Below are positions 35,999 through 48,495 of a DNA stretch of 64,000 nucleotides, piece by piece (positions within the stretch are counted from its first letter, which is position 1; every line of letters starts with the position of its first letter). The stretch is from Eledone cirrhosa. Lineage: Eukaryota. The translations under genes and the position numbers were made by a program. Location of the stretch: the NCBI GenBank assembly GCA_964016885.1, contig OZ024740.1:356686001-356750000 (forward strand). Reading direction: 5' to 3'. Below the pieces are notes generated by a model. That model searched no databases and had not been told where the DNA came from. It worked only from the letters and a program-made list of their open reading frames with translations.

Positions 35999-38025
35999 GA
36001 AATACCGGGATGGTGGCCGGCGGGGAATAGCCGTGTCTCTAGGGGAGAACGACCCCTCTAGTCTTGGTTGACACTCGTTCTAGAAGTGGTAACACGAAAT
36101 GATTACCCCTTGGCGGATAAGGATAAAACGCGACAAAATAAAGTAAATGTCTAATGATAAAATCTCATACCGGATCGGCCGTCACCCGGGTAAAAAAGGG
36201 CCGCGTCCCTCAGAGAGGAACCAGACTGGGGTCGAAAAATCAGCTAATGGTTCAAACCTTCCCATCACTTCGGAGCTGGAGACCTCCCATAACCGGAATA
36301 CTCCTACTGTTGGCCCTCCATGCTCACCTCCAAGAAATCCAAAGAAAAAGGGAGAAAAATGGTCAAGGGAAGATAATAAAGAAGTCTTTGAGGCTTTCTA
36401 CACTGCCATGTACTACCCATCAAATACATCGAATACAGAACAGACATATATCAACTGGAAAAAGAAACATCCCGAAAACAGAGGCTATATTGACAGTAAC
36501 AAACTAGCCAATATACGAAGAAATATTGTAAAAAAAAGTTACTAACTGATATAGAAATTGATCAGATCAAGCTATTAGCACAAAGTCAGCGAAGGGAAAA
36601 TGAAACATGTGTCAGTGAAAATGAGGTAAATTGTAACACTTCGAATCTCAGGGTTGGGGCGGAATCACTGGCAACAGAACAAATTAAAGAAAGGATCGAA
36701 AAAGTGGAGGGAGTGCATGCTCAAGATGAAACTCCAAATGAAAATAATGAGATCGTAAATAATAAAGAAATGAATGAGAATGAACTTGCCAACTTGAAGG
36801 ATAAAATTATGATCGAATGGATGAAAATGAAATAATCTGACATGAGGCAACGAGACACCCTCCCTAAGATCCAGAACTCCAAACAGAACCAAAAGATAAT
36901 ACACAAGACTAACATAATTCTCAAAAACATTATCATCACAAACAAACTAAACATTACTGATTTAAATCATTTCTATTATGCATCGGCTAAAGTCACCACT
37001 CACTTATGTGGAGTGAAGATGAAAAAACAAAGGAATTCCCACAAGAAATCTACTTGGCAAGAGAACATCAATCGCCAAATAAACCTTCTCCGATCTGACA
37101 TAGAAATTTTAACAAACTATAAAGTAGGTGAACATGTTAAACAAACTAAACTTAGAAAATTGAAAAGAAAGTATAGTTTAAAATCAACAAGTGACATAGA
37201 CATGCTGATAGAAATAATCAAGCAAAAAGTGTCGGCCAAAGCTGCTCGTATAAGGCGCTTTGAAAAACGATCTAGATTCTATAAGGACAATAATATGTTC
37301 AAAAACAACCAAAGAAACTTCTACAGAAAAATTGGTAAGTCAACAATAACTGCTAAATCAACCCAAGGAGGAAGTGCAAGAATTCTGGGAAAAGATCTGG
37401 GCCGAAGAAAAAGTTCATAACATACATGCCCCATGGATAGACAGACAAATGAAAGATACAGCTCACCTTGAGGAACAAATATGGGAAAACATAACAGTTG
37501 AACAGTTGCACTTGGCTCTAAGAAAAACCAGCAAATGGAAATCCCCAGGAAAAGACAAAATACAAAATTTTTGGATAAATGCCTTCACAGAGTCTCATGA
37601 GCTGTTAGCCCAACTTTACAATGAAATAGTTAAGGAGACAGAAAAGATACCATCATGGCTAGTTAACGGCATTACATTCCTGCTTCCGAAGAATGATGAG
37701 ACAAACAATCCCAAAAATTACAGACCGATAACTTGCTTGACCACAATGTATAAAAGTTTAACATCAGTCCTAACTGAATACACATATGACCACCTGATAA
37801 CAAATGACCTATTTCCCATTGAGCAGAAAGGGTGTAAACGAGGCTCATATGGCTGTAAGGATCAGCTTTTGGTTAACAAAATAAATACTGGAAGATTGTC
37901 ATAATAGACACAAAAATCTATCAATTGCTTGGATAGATTATAAAAAAGCATTCGATAGTTTGCCACACAGTTGGATTGAAAAATGTTTAGAGATTTTCAA
38001 AATATCCCCCGTTGTCAGGAGGTTT
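35999..38025 (+). mobile_element. Dong-A copy 2 (5' 2 kb only, 3' end missing), frameshifted
   Basis: Near-identical to 30596-32628. ORF pieces 36147-36545, 36842-37420 and 37374-37904. Confidence 0.9.
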
Positions 38026-38176
38026 TGTAATGCACTGGGTGATTGCTGGCCTTGTGCCTGGAGTGGAGACAATTATTAATAATTTCATTCTTAAGCCACG
38101 CAATGCTCACATTAAGGAACCACTCATGATAATAACAATTTAAACAAAAAAACAAAAAGAAAACCCCGTGACAAAG

Positions 38177-41100
38177 AAATACCGGGATGGCGGCCGGCGG
38201 GGAATAGCCGTGTCTCTAGGGGAGAACGACCCCTCTAGTCTTGGTTGACACTCGTTCTAGAAGTGGTAACACGAAATGATTACCCCTTGGCGGATAAGGA
38301 TACAACGCGACAAAATAAAGTAAATGTCTAATGATAAAATCTCATACCGGATCGGCCGTCGCCCGGGTAAAAAAGGGCCGCGTCCCTCAGAGAGGAACCA
38401 GACTGGGGTCGAAAAATCAGCTGATGGTTCAAACCTTCCCATCACTTCGGAGCTGGAGACCTCCCATAACCGGAATACTCCTACTGTTGGCCCTCCATGC
38501 TCACCACCAAGAAATCCAAAGAAAAAGAGAGAAAAATGGTCAAGGGAAGATAATAAAGAAGTTCTTGAGGCTTTCTACACTGCCATGTACTACCCATCAA
38601 ATACATCGAATACAGAACAGACATATATCAACTGAAAAAAGAAACATCCCGAAAACAGAGGCTATATTGACAGTAACAAACTAGCCAATATACGAAGAAA
38701 TATTGTAAGAAAAAAGTTACTAACTGATATAGAAATTAATCAGATCAAGCTATTAGCACAAAGTCAGCGAAGGGAAAATGAAACATGTGTCAGTGAAAAC
38801 GAGGTAAACTGTAACACTTCGAATCCCAGGGTTGGGGCGGAATCACTGGCAACAGAACAAATTAAAGAAAGGATCGAAAAAGTGGAGGGAGTGCATGCTC
38901 AGGATGAAACTCCAAATTAAAATAATGAGATCGTAAATGATAAAGAAATGAATGAGAATGAACTTGCCAACTTGAAGGATGAAATTATGATCGAATGGAT
39001 GAAAATGAAAGAATCTGACATGGGGCAACGAGACACCCTCCCTAAGATCCAGAACTCCAAACAGAACCAAAAGATAATACACAAGACTAACATAATTCTC
39101 AAAAACATTATCATCACAAACAAACTAAACATTACTGATTTAAATCATCTCTATTATGCATCGGCTAAAGTCACCACTCACTTATGTGGAGTGAAGATGA
39201 AAAAACAAAGGAATTCCCACAAGCAATCTACTTGGCAAGAGAACATCAATCGCCAAATAAACCTTCTCCGATCTGACATAGAAATTTTAACAAACTATAA
39301 AGTAGGTGAACATGTTAAACAAACTAAACTTAGAAAATTGAAAAAAAAGTACAGTATAAAATCAACATGTGACATAGACATGCTGATAGAAATAATCAAG
39401 CAAAAAGTGTCGGCCAAAGCTGCTCGTATAAGGCGCTTTGAAAAACGATCTAGATTCTATAAGGACAATAATATGTTCAAAAACAACCAAAGAAACTTCT
39501 ACAGAAAAATTGGTAAGTCAACAATAACTGCTAAATCAACCCAAGGAGGAAGTGCAAGAATTCTGGGAAAAGATCTGGGCCGAAGAAAAAGTTCATAACA
39601 TACATGCCCCATGGATAGACAGACAAATGAAAGATACAGCTCACCTTGAGGAGCAAACATGGGAAAATATAACAGTTGAACAGTTGCGCTTGGCTCTAAG
39701 AAAAACCAACAAATGGAAATCCCCAGGAAAAGACAAAATACAAAACTCTTGGATAAATGCCTTCACAGAGTCTCATGAGCTGTTAGCCCAACTTTACAAT
39801 GAAATAGTTAAGGAGCCAGAAAAGATACCTTCCTGGCTAGTTAACGGCATTACATTCCTGCTTCCGAAGAATGATGAGACAAACAATCCCACAAATTACA
39901 GACCGATAACTTGCTTGACCACAATGTATAAAATTTTAACATCAGTCCTAACTGAATACACATATGACCACCTGATAACAAATGACCTATTTCCCATTGA
40001 GCAGAAAGGGTGTAAACGAGGCTCATATGGCTGTAAGGATCAGCTTCTGGTTAACAAAATGATACTGTAAGATTGTCATAATAGACACAAAAATCTATCG
40101 ATTGCTTGGATAGATTATAAAAAAGCATTCGATAGTTTGCCACACAGTTGGATTGAAAAATGTTTAGAGATTATCAAAATATCCCCCATTGTCAGGAGGT
40201 TTTTGTCATTCAATATGAAGACATGGAAAACAACACTCCTTTTGAATAGTGAAACAAAATCACTGGAAGCTGGAGAAGTTAATATTAATTGTGGAATTTT
40301 TCAGGGGGACTCTTTATCACCGCTTTTATTCTGCATCGCACTTATACCATTAAGTAAAATGCTCAATGAAACAAAACATGGATATAAAGTCTATGACAAA
40401 ACCATTAATCACCTGTTCTACATGGATGACCTGAAACTATTTGCAACAAATGATGAACAATTGTGAAGCAGTTCAGTGATGACATTAAAATGGAGTTTGA
40501 ACTGGATAAATGCGCCAAAGCAACGTTCACCAGAGGAAAGCTGCTGAAGAGTTCAGACATTAATCTTAATCGGGGGAACGTGATAAGAGAACTTGATCAA
40601 GAAAAAACTTACAAATATCTAGGTGTTTGTGAAGGAGACGGAATCAAGCACTCAACAATGAGGGAAAGGATAAAGAAGGAATGTTACCGCAGAGTAAGAG
40701 CAATCTTAAGAACGGAATTTAATGCAAGGAATAGGATCGATGCCATAAACACGCTTGCCATACCAGTAGTAACCTACAGTTACAATGTCATCAACTGGTC
40801 AAGCACAGAGATCCGTAGGCTCGATACAAAAATTCGAAAATTCTTAACCATGCACAGAATGCATCACCCTAAGGCAGATATAGATAGAATATATCTCCCT
40901 AGGAAAGAAGGAGGACGTGGGTTAATCCAGTTAGACATTGCGTTGAAAACTGCAACAATTGGATTATCTACATATCTAAGGGAATCACATGATTGGATGA
41001 TCAAACTCGTTTTGAAACACGAAAGCATCAAAAGATCATATTCCATTACAAAAGATGCACAAAGATACAGTAATGGACTACAAATTTCAGAAGTCCCATT

Positions 41101-42121
41101 TACTGCTGAAATGGAAAACACAGAAAAAGCAAAGCAGGTAAAAGTAACTGCAAAGAAAGAACTGCTACAGAAACTGGCTAAGAAATGGCAAGAAAAGCCT
41201 CTGTATGGAAAATACCCAGAGCCAGCTAACAATCCTGATGTTGACAAAACTTTAACCCATCAGTGGTTGGCATCCTCTGGACTGAAATCGGAGACTGAAG
41301 GACTGATTATATCGGCACAAGATCAGTGTCTGCCAACAAAAAATTACCAAGCCAACATAATAAAACATGGGTGCAGCCCATTATGCCGTGTATGCAAAAA
41401 ACAACCAGAGACCATTGACCATATAATTTCAATGTGCAGTCCTATAGCTCCAACCGAATACCTAAACAGGCATGACAGAGCTGCACAATACATACATTGG
41501 ATAATGTGTAAACATTTTGACCTGCCCCATCAAAAAATTGGTGGGAGCATCAACCACCTCCCATACTTGAAAAAGATCACATCTCAATCTTGTGGAACTT
41601 TAGCATCCAAACAGACCGAAAAATAGATGCAAACAGACCTGATATAATATTGAAGGACTTTCAAAAGAGGGTATGCTTGCTAATTGATATGTCTGTTCCA
41701 ATAGACAAGAATGTATCTATAAAAACATTTGAAAAATTGAGCAAGTATAAGGACCTGGAGATAGAAATTGGAAAAATGTGGAAATTGAGAACTAAAACAA
41801 TACCAGTGGTTGTAGGCCCTCTGGGAATGATACCTAAGGGGTCTAATGATTACTTATCGCAAATCCCAGGAAACCCGCGTATAGGAGAAATACAAAAGAT
41901 AGTACTAATGGGAACTGCCCATATACTAAGGAAGATTCTGTCAATATAAGTACATCACAAGTCTAAACACTAAAGATGCATGTGTGAATATGTATGTTCT
42001 TTCTTGAACATGGCGGACCTTGTTGTCTCTTGAGGTCACTGGTTGTGACTTGGTGATAACTCGTATGAACATAAAGCAAGATAAATGCAACTGTAATAAT
42101 AATAATAATAATAATAATAAT
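38177..42121 (+). mobile_element. Dong-A copy 3, full length, with stops and frameshifts
   Basis: Colinear with copy 1 through the 3' UTR and (AAT)n tail (42095-42121). Pieces: 38324-38635, 38948-39598, 39552-40070, 40137-40466, 40463-41626, 41590-41949. Confidence 0.92.
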
Positions 42122-42497
42122 AGCAAGTATAAGGACCTGGAGATAGAAATTGGAAAAATGTAGAAATTGAGAACTAAAACAATACCAGTGGTTGTAGGCG
42201 CTCTAGGAATGATACCTAAGGGGTCTAATGATTACTTATCGCAAATCCCAGGAAACCCGCGTATAGGAGAAATACAAAAGATAGTACTAATGGGAACTGC
42301 CCATATACTAAGGAAGATTCTGTCAATATAAGTACATCACAAGTCTAAACACCTAAAGATGCATGTGTGTGTATGTATGTTCTTTCTTGAACATGGCGGA
42401 CCTTGTTGTCTCTTGAGGTCACTGGTTGTGACTTGGTGATAAGTCGTATGAACATAAAGCAAGATAAATGCAGCTGTAATAATAATAATAATAATAA

Positions 42498-42498
<1 letters not shown>
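42122..42498 (+). mobile_element. Dong-A copy 4, short 5'-truncated 3' end in the tail of copy 3
   Basis: Repeats 41740-42095 (agcaagtataaggacctggag...gataaatgca) and is followed by (AAT)n. Confidence 0.9.
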
Positions 42499-42528
<30 letters not shown>

Positions 42529-42540
42529 AAGAAGAAGAAG

Positions 42541-45500
42541 AACAGAGATACGGCCACTGAGGAGATGAATGCTGACGGGCTAGGACAAGATTCGGTTGAC
42601 ATCCTAAATTTAGTGGTAGATGAGTTGAACAATGATAGTGGGAGACCTATGAACCTAAGATTTGTAGACAGGAAAAAGTTAAAAGAAACAACAGCTAAGG
42701 TAAACAAAGTCATCCCATACCTTGAGGCGAGGAGTCTTCACCAGTGCAACAATATCCTCAAAGCAACAGCAAATACGGTGAGGAAACTACTTGGTATAAA
42801 AGCGAGAGGAAACAACAGACAAGAAAGAGCAGAGCCGTGGTGGAAGAAGCGACTGAGTGGGCAAATCGGGGAAATGAGAAATGACATAGGAAAGCTTGAG
42901 TCACTACTGAATGGGACACTAAAAAACATAGGCACTAAAAATAGACTGGAAATAAAATACAAAACTAGGAGTAAAAAGCTAAATATTATCATAGAGGAAT
43001 TGAAGCAACGCATTGTAGCAAAGAGTGCCAAAATCAGGCGATACGAGAACAGAGTCAGTCAGTATAAACAGAACCGCATGTTCGACAACAACCAGAAGAT
43101 GCTGTTTGGACAGCTTGAGGGGAAAGAAAGAGGCAACGACTTGATCCCTGGGGCGGAACAAGCTAAAACATTCTGGAGAGGAATATGGGAGCAGGATGTT
43201 AGACACAATGCCCAGGCAGGGTGGATTGAGACAGTACAGAGGGAGATCGGTGAGCAGGCACAGCAACAGACTGATTTGAGTATCACAGTTGAAACTCTTA
43301 AGGGGCAAGCCAAAAAACTAACCAACTGGAAATCACCAGGCCCAGATGGTGTGCAGGGGTATTGGATTAAACATTTAACATCCCTCCACCCGAAGCTGAC
43401 GGCCATGTTCAATGACTGCTTGGTGTCGGGTGAGGTGCCAGAGTGGTTGACAAAAGGTACCACAGTTCTGATAATGAAAGACCGAAGCAAGGGTAATGAT
43501 GTTACCAACTATAGACCTATCACATGTCTGCCCGTAATGTGGAAACTGTTGACGAGCATTGTGTCTGAGGAAATCTGCCATCACCTCCACACAAACAACT
43601 TGTTACCGGACGAACAGAAAGGATGCCGAAAGAAGTCACGTGGTACAAAGGACCAGTTGCTTATTGATAAGATGGTAATGGGGAATTGCAGGAGGAGACA
43701 CACTGATCTTGCCATGGGATGGATAGACTACAGAAAGGCATTTGACATGGTGCCTCATTCCTGGATCACCAAAAGCCTGGAGATCTTCAGGGTGGCAGAT
43801 AACATCAGACAGTTGCTGGGCAGGAGTATGGGGTCCTGGGAGACAGAGTTGACATCAACTGGAGTATCCTTGGGAAGCGTGAAGATCAAGAGAGGTATCT
43901 TCCAGGGAGATAGCCTGTCCCCTCTGTTGTTTGTCCTTGCCCTGATGCCCTTGACCATTATGCTGCGAAAAGTGAGAGCAGGATACAAGTTGGGAAGGGG
44001 AGAGCTTACCATCAATCACCTCCTCTTCATGGACGATCTTAAGCTCTTCGGGAAAAGTGAGAAGGAGTTGGATGTGCTTGTTGACACTGTCCGTATTTTC
44101 AGCAGTGATATATGTATGCAGTTTGGTATTGGTAAATGTGGAGTCATTGTGATGAGGAGGGGTAGGTTGAGCAGAAGTAACGGGATCCAGATACCAACAG
44201 GTGAGATGATAAAGGAAATTGACTCTGAGGAAGGATACAAGTATTTGGGCGTTCTGGAGGCTGATGGCATAAAGAACAAAAAAATGAAGGAATTGTTAAG
44301 AACTGAATACATTCGGAGAGTAAGGAGCGTATTGAAGTCACATCTGAACAGCAGAAATGCCATAAGCGCAGTAAATTCCCGAGCTGTGTCTATTATTAGG
44401 TACAGTGCGGGAATTCTGAGATGGAATGTTGCTGAACAAAAAGAAATGGATAGGAAGACTAGGAAGCTATTGACTATCTACAACATGTTCCACAAGAGGA
44501 GTGATGTCGATAGACTCTACCTAAGGAGATCTGAGGGTGGAAGAGGTCTTATCAGCATAGAGGACTGTGTTCAGATGGAGAAAAACAACCTATACAAATA
44601 CGTGACCTATAGTAAGGAGCCAATGCTCAGAGCTGTACTGAAGGAGGGGACAGTAGGCCAGGGGATATCCAAGGAGGAAATAACATCAAGGAGGAAAAGC
44701 AGCCTTAAGGGAAAATCCCTTCATAGTACCTTCTTTGAGAAAACTGAATTTAGAGATCCACAGACATGGAACTGGTTGAGAAGAGGAGACCTCAAAAAGG
44801 CTACAGAAGGAATGCTAATGGCTGCGCAGGAGCAGGCCCTCAAAACGAAGTGGTTGAAGCACCATATCTACAAGGAGGAGGCTAGCCCACTGTGCAGGAT
44901 CTGTGGAGAGAGAGAGGAGACTGTGGCCCACATTGTGTCCGAGTGTAAACACCTAGCCCAGACCCACTATAAGGGCTGGAGACACGATGTGATGGGCAGG
45001 GTGATCCACTGGCACCTGTGCAAAGTAAACAATCTACCACATTCTGAGAAATGGTATGAGCATAGGCCAGAGGCGGTGATGGAGAACAGTCAGGTGAAGG
45101 TGCTGTGGGATTTTAGGATACAGACGGACAAAAAACTGGAACACAATAGACCTGACCTGGTGGTTGTGGACAAAGAAAAAAGATCGTGCCTGATTGTGGA
45201 TGTGGCCTGCCCGTTCGACACGAGAGTGCAAGAGAAGGAGAGGGAGAAAATTAACCGATACCAGGACCTAAAGTGGGAGGTGAAAAGGATTTGGAACTGC
45301 CATGAAGTCAAAGTGATCCCGATTGTCATAGGCGCACTGGGGACTATCTCCAAAGGTTTCCAGGGATGGTTAAAGAAAATCGGCCCCTTCACGCTTTTTG
45401 GAACGCTTCAAAAGGCATGCTTGCTTGGAACGGCAAGAACCCTCCGATACGTCCTGAATATCTGAGGCTGCAGGTAGTGGCTTGATATTCAATCCAACGG

Positions 45501-45551
45501 ACTTTCCAGTTAACCAACATCAATGACTGAGATTCAAGGAATAACAATAAC

Positions 45552-45590
<39 letters not shown>
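42541..45590 (+). mobile_element. R4/Dong-clade RLE LINE, family B (GC-richer, probably 5'-truncated)
   Basis: Preceded by (AAT)n(AAG)n at 42478-42540. It has a short 3' UTR (45466-45540) and an (AAC)/(AAT)n tail. Confidence 0.9.
42565..45465 (+). CDS. Uninterrupted RT-CCHC-RLE ORF of Dong family B (about 966 aa from the first internal ATG)
   Basis: WKSPGPDG, YRPITCL, IDYRKAFD, IFQGDSLSP, LFMDD, CRIC-x8-H-x4-C and RPDLVV..VDVACP. It lacks the N-terminal region seen in family A. Confidence 0.88.
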   Translation: MNADGLGQDSVDILNLVVDELNNDSGRPMNLRFVDRKKLKETTAKVNKVIPYLEARSLHQCNNILKATANTVRKLLGIKARGNNRQERAEPWWKKRLSGQIGEMRNDIGKLESLLNGTLKNIGTKNRLEIKYKTRSKKLNIIIEELKQRIVAKSAKIRRYENRVSQYKQNRMFDNNQKMLFGQLEGKERGNDLIPGAEQAKTFWRGIWEQDVRHNAQAGWIETVQREIGEQAQQQTDLSITVETLKGQAKKLTNWKSPGPDGVQGYWIKHLTSLHPKLTAMFNDCLVSGEVPEWLTKGTTVLIMKDRSKGNDVTNYRPITCLPVMWKLLTSIVSEEICHHLHTNNLLPDEQKGCRKKSRGTKDQLLIDKMVMGNCRRRHTDLAMGWIDYRKAFDMVPHSWITKSLEIFRVADNIRQLLGRSMGSWETELTSTGVSLGSVKIKRGIFQGDSLSPLLFVLALMPLTIMLRKVRAGYKLGRGELTINHLLFMDDLKLFGKSEKELDVLVDTVRIFSSDICMQFGIGKCGVIVMRRGRLSRSNGIQIPTGEMIKEIDSEEGYKYLGVLEADGIKNKKMKELLRTEYIRRVRSVLKSHLNSRNAISAVNSRAVSIIRYSAGILRWNVAEQKEMDRKTRKLLTIYNMFHKRSDVDRLYLRRSEGGRGLISIEDCVQMEKNNLYKYVTYSKEPMLRAVLKEGTVGQGISKEEITSRRKSSLKGKSLHSTFFEKTEFRDPQTWNWLRRGDLKKATEGMLMAAQEQALKTKWLKHHIYKEEASPLCRICGEREETVAHIVSECKHLAQTHYKGWRHDVMGRVIHWHLCKVNNLPHSEKWYEHRPEAVMENSQVKVLWDFRIQTDKKLEHNRPDLVVVDKEKRSCLIVDVACPFDTRVQEKEREKINRYQDLKWEVKRIWNCHEVKVIPIVIGALGTISKGFQGWLKKIGPFTLFGTLQKACLLGTARTLRYVLNI

Positions 45591-45592
<2 letters not shown>

Positions 45593-46311
45593 AAGGTGGA
45601 TTTGTTAAGCCTTCATTACGTTTATTGATTCGCTACTGATCAGCTCAAAGTTCGATCTGTATCGATCTGGCCTGATTCTGGGATCAAAAGCTCGTCGGAC
45701 CTCAGCTGTTGTAATGAAAGAATTAACATATAAAGTATAGAAATGCCTGTAAAGTTTCGCGTTCATATGGTGGTCAATTTATGTTGTTTTGATTGGTGGT
45801 TTAGCTATGAGGAATGTTTTCGCATATGTGATTTGTGGTGGGGTGAGCATAATAACGAGGTGGTGGTAGGGAGCGATGGTTGATGTGAGTTTGCTACTTT
45901 GTTAATGTTGTCTTATACATGTATGTTATTGATGATGAGAAAGCTAGACAACCCTCTCATCTAATATAGACCACACAAATCTCACTACAGTGATAAATCC
46001 TTCATCTGTCAGATAATAACCGACTCTTACGGCCACCTTACCTACATTGTTTAAAGACACCAGCTTGTCTTTACACTAGATATAATACACCCCACGACAG
46101 TTTTTACATGTCAATTTTATACATCTGCCTCATGTCAGCTAGTTTTACACGCTAAAATCGTAGATATACTATACTTCCCACCTAGATTGATGTTGTGATT
46201 ATTTCAAATAATTTATTGCTAGCATTGTTGATATTGTTGTTATTGTTCTGACTGAATGCTATTACTACTACATATAGTAGCCATGCCTGTATATTCTTTT
46301 CATTCTCACAA

Positions 46312-46417
46312 GCTCCGATGAACTGACTGGTTATAACTCTGTATTGCCGATCGAGTGACGTGAAAATAAGCGGATAGCGATCTCTAGACCTACCAGTTTA
46401 GAGAAACAATTGTCAGC
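46312..46417 (+). ncRNA. Candidate type I hammerhead, U4C core, long stem II
   Basis: gct-CCGATGA-actgactgg..(about 60 nt)..ccagtttaga-GAAA-caattg-TC-agc, with palindromic stem III acaattgt. Confidence 0.45.
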
Positions 46418-46481
46418 AATGAGATTAAAAACCTTTTTTGTATAGCAAACCATGTCACTCTTCTTTCCTGATTTATATATA

Positions 46482-47485
46482 TATTGGTAACGGTACATCC
46501 TTGGCCTGGCACTTGAACTAAAAGCCTGTTGAAAAAAGTGACTTCCTTGTTCAATCATCTTACCAGAGGCCTAACATTATTTGTCTAAGCGGACAGTACT
46601 TGATTTAGGAGTCGCAGAAACCCAAATGCTGGATTTTTACCAACCATCCAGGGGTCTGGGTAAATTTTTCATTCATATTTTTTATTTGTTTGACCCGAAT
46701 TACTCGGTCGTTTCTATGGCTGTGCGGATAATGGTTTAACCATCGTCTCAGTGTGTTTGGCCTTTTAACGTATGCTGTAGCTCTGGTTCGTTAGAATTAT
46801 TGAGCGCTTGCCACACATCTCGGAAGTTGTTTTTCGCTAATTTCCAAAGCCGAAATACGATTCTCGCTAATTTATATTTGTATTAATCTCCAGAGTCTAG
46901 TTATTGACCAGTTAATTTTCTTGATTTTTTTAGTTGATTCTATTGACTGATGAACAGCTTTTGTTAACTTTAAAACCATTCTGTTGAGAACTTAATTCGT
47001 TTTGTGATATTTTGCAATTTTTCAATAATATACACATACTGAATTCATCCGCCAAAAATAAGGGTTGCCTCCCTTGTCGAGCCCCACGTGGGTATTGGTA
47101 ACGGTCAATCCTTGGCCTGGCACTTTAACTTAAAGCCTGTTGAGAAAGTGACTTCCTTGTTCAAATATCTTACCAGAAACCTAACATTATTTGTCTAAGC
47201 GGACAGTACTTGATTTAGGAGTCGCAGAAACCCAAATGGTGGATTTTTACCAACCATCCAGGGGTCCGGGTAAATTTTTCAATTATATTTTTTTATTTGT
47301 CTGCCCCGAATTACTTGGTCGTTTCTATGGCTGTGTGGATAATGGTTTAACCATCGTCTCAGTGTGTTTGGCCTTTTAACGTATGCTGTAGCTCTGGTTC
47401 GTTAGAATTATTGAGCGCTTGCCACACATCTCGGAAGTTGTTTTTCGCTAATTTCCAAAGCCGAAATACGATTCTCGCTAATTTA

Positions 47486-47490
<5 letters not shown>
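46482..47490. repeat. About 400-bp direct repeat (46482-46880 / 47093-47490), pLTR-like tandem
   Basis: Both copies run from tattggtaacggt..ccttggcctggcac to gattctcgctaatttatattt. Confidence 0.85.
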
Positions 47491-47542
<52 letters not shown>

Positions 47543-47831
47543 TATAGAGTAAAGCATGTCCAGAAAATTATTTGATAATATATATTCATCGTCTCTACTC
47601 CCAATCAGCATAATTAACCACACAAAAAATCAATTAGGCCAGGCTATAAGAATAAAAGACACCTATGAAGAAACAGTAAATAAATACGCCACAGCGGCGT
47701 CTTTGCGTCCAACCGCTATAGAATATTTACCCAACATTTCAACAGCACGTGGAAATTAATTAAATATACGGTCAGCCATACATAATTAGGTAAAAATTAA
47801 AGTTAGAAATACATACCAGGATTAAATCACT

Positions 47832-48185
47832 ATATATATATATAGTAATAATAATAAATTTGAAGACTAAAATCCAAAGAGGGCTCGATAAGGATAAATA
47901 TATATCAAATATATAAGAACCGTAGAGCAAATATTTATTGAAATAACAGATTAAAGTTTAAGCAAAGAATTGCTGCTTTCACCCTTAACGGGATCTTCTG
48001 AAACTCAGGTTAGTTTCAGAAGATCCCATTAAGGGTGAAAGCAGCGATTCTTTGCTTAAACTTTAATCTGTTATTTTAATAAATATTTGCTCTATGGTTC
48101 TTATATATTTGATATATAATTATCGTTATCGAGCCCTATTTGGATTTTAGTCTTCAAATTTTTATTATTACTATATATATATATA
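47832..48185. repeat. About 350-bp palindrome (inverted solo pLTR) centred on 48006-48011
   Basis: The arms are reverse complements (gggatcttctgaaact-caggtt-agtttcagaagatccc at the centre), with TA flanks. Confidence 0.85.
48006..48070 (+). ncRNA. Candidate type I hammerhead with U4A core
   Basis: caggtt.agttt-CAGAAGA-t ccc attaa ggg t-GAAA-gca..tgc-TT-aaact..aatctg. Further copies lie at 47947-48005 (-) and 48512-48576 (+). Confidence 0.55.
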
Positions 48186-48199
48186 TATATATATATACG

Positions 48200-48312
<113 letters not shown>

Positions 48313-48344
48313 GTATGTATGTATATATATATATATACATATAT

Positions 48345-48495
48345 AAGTTCCAGACGTGGACACTGACCAAGAAACTCACACAGATGGTGGATGGGTGCTA
48401 CACGAGAATGCTGAGGATGGCTCTGAACATTAATCAGTATACACTGCGGATGAAAAACTCAGAGCTGTATGGGGGCCTCTCAAAACTGACACAGA
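48345..48495 (+). pseudogene. Short RTE-clade RT C-terminal fragment
   Basis: [32 protein letters not shown], typical of the post-RT region of RTE. Confidence 0.65.

Noticed and set aside
31260-45392. Antisense ORFs overlapping the Dong elements (e.g. 33305-33688, 43059-43508)
   Set aside because: Shadow ORFs of RT coding sequence, repeated only because the elements are repeated.
45595-45705. Minus-strand CCGACGA-gct..agc-GAAT hammerhead-like motif
   Set aside because: It has GAAT instead of GAAA, and no convincing stem III or NUH site.
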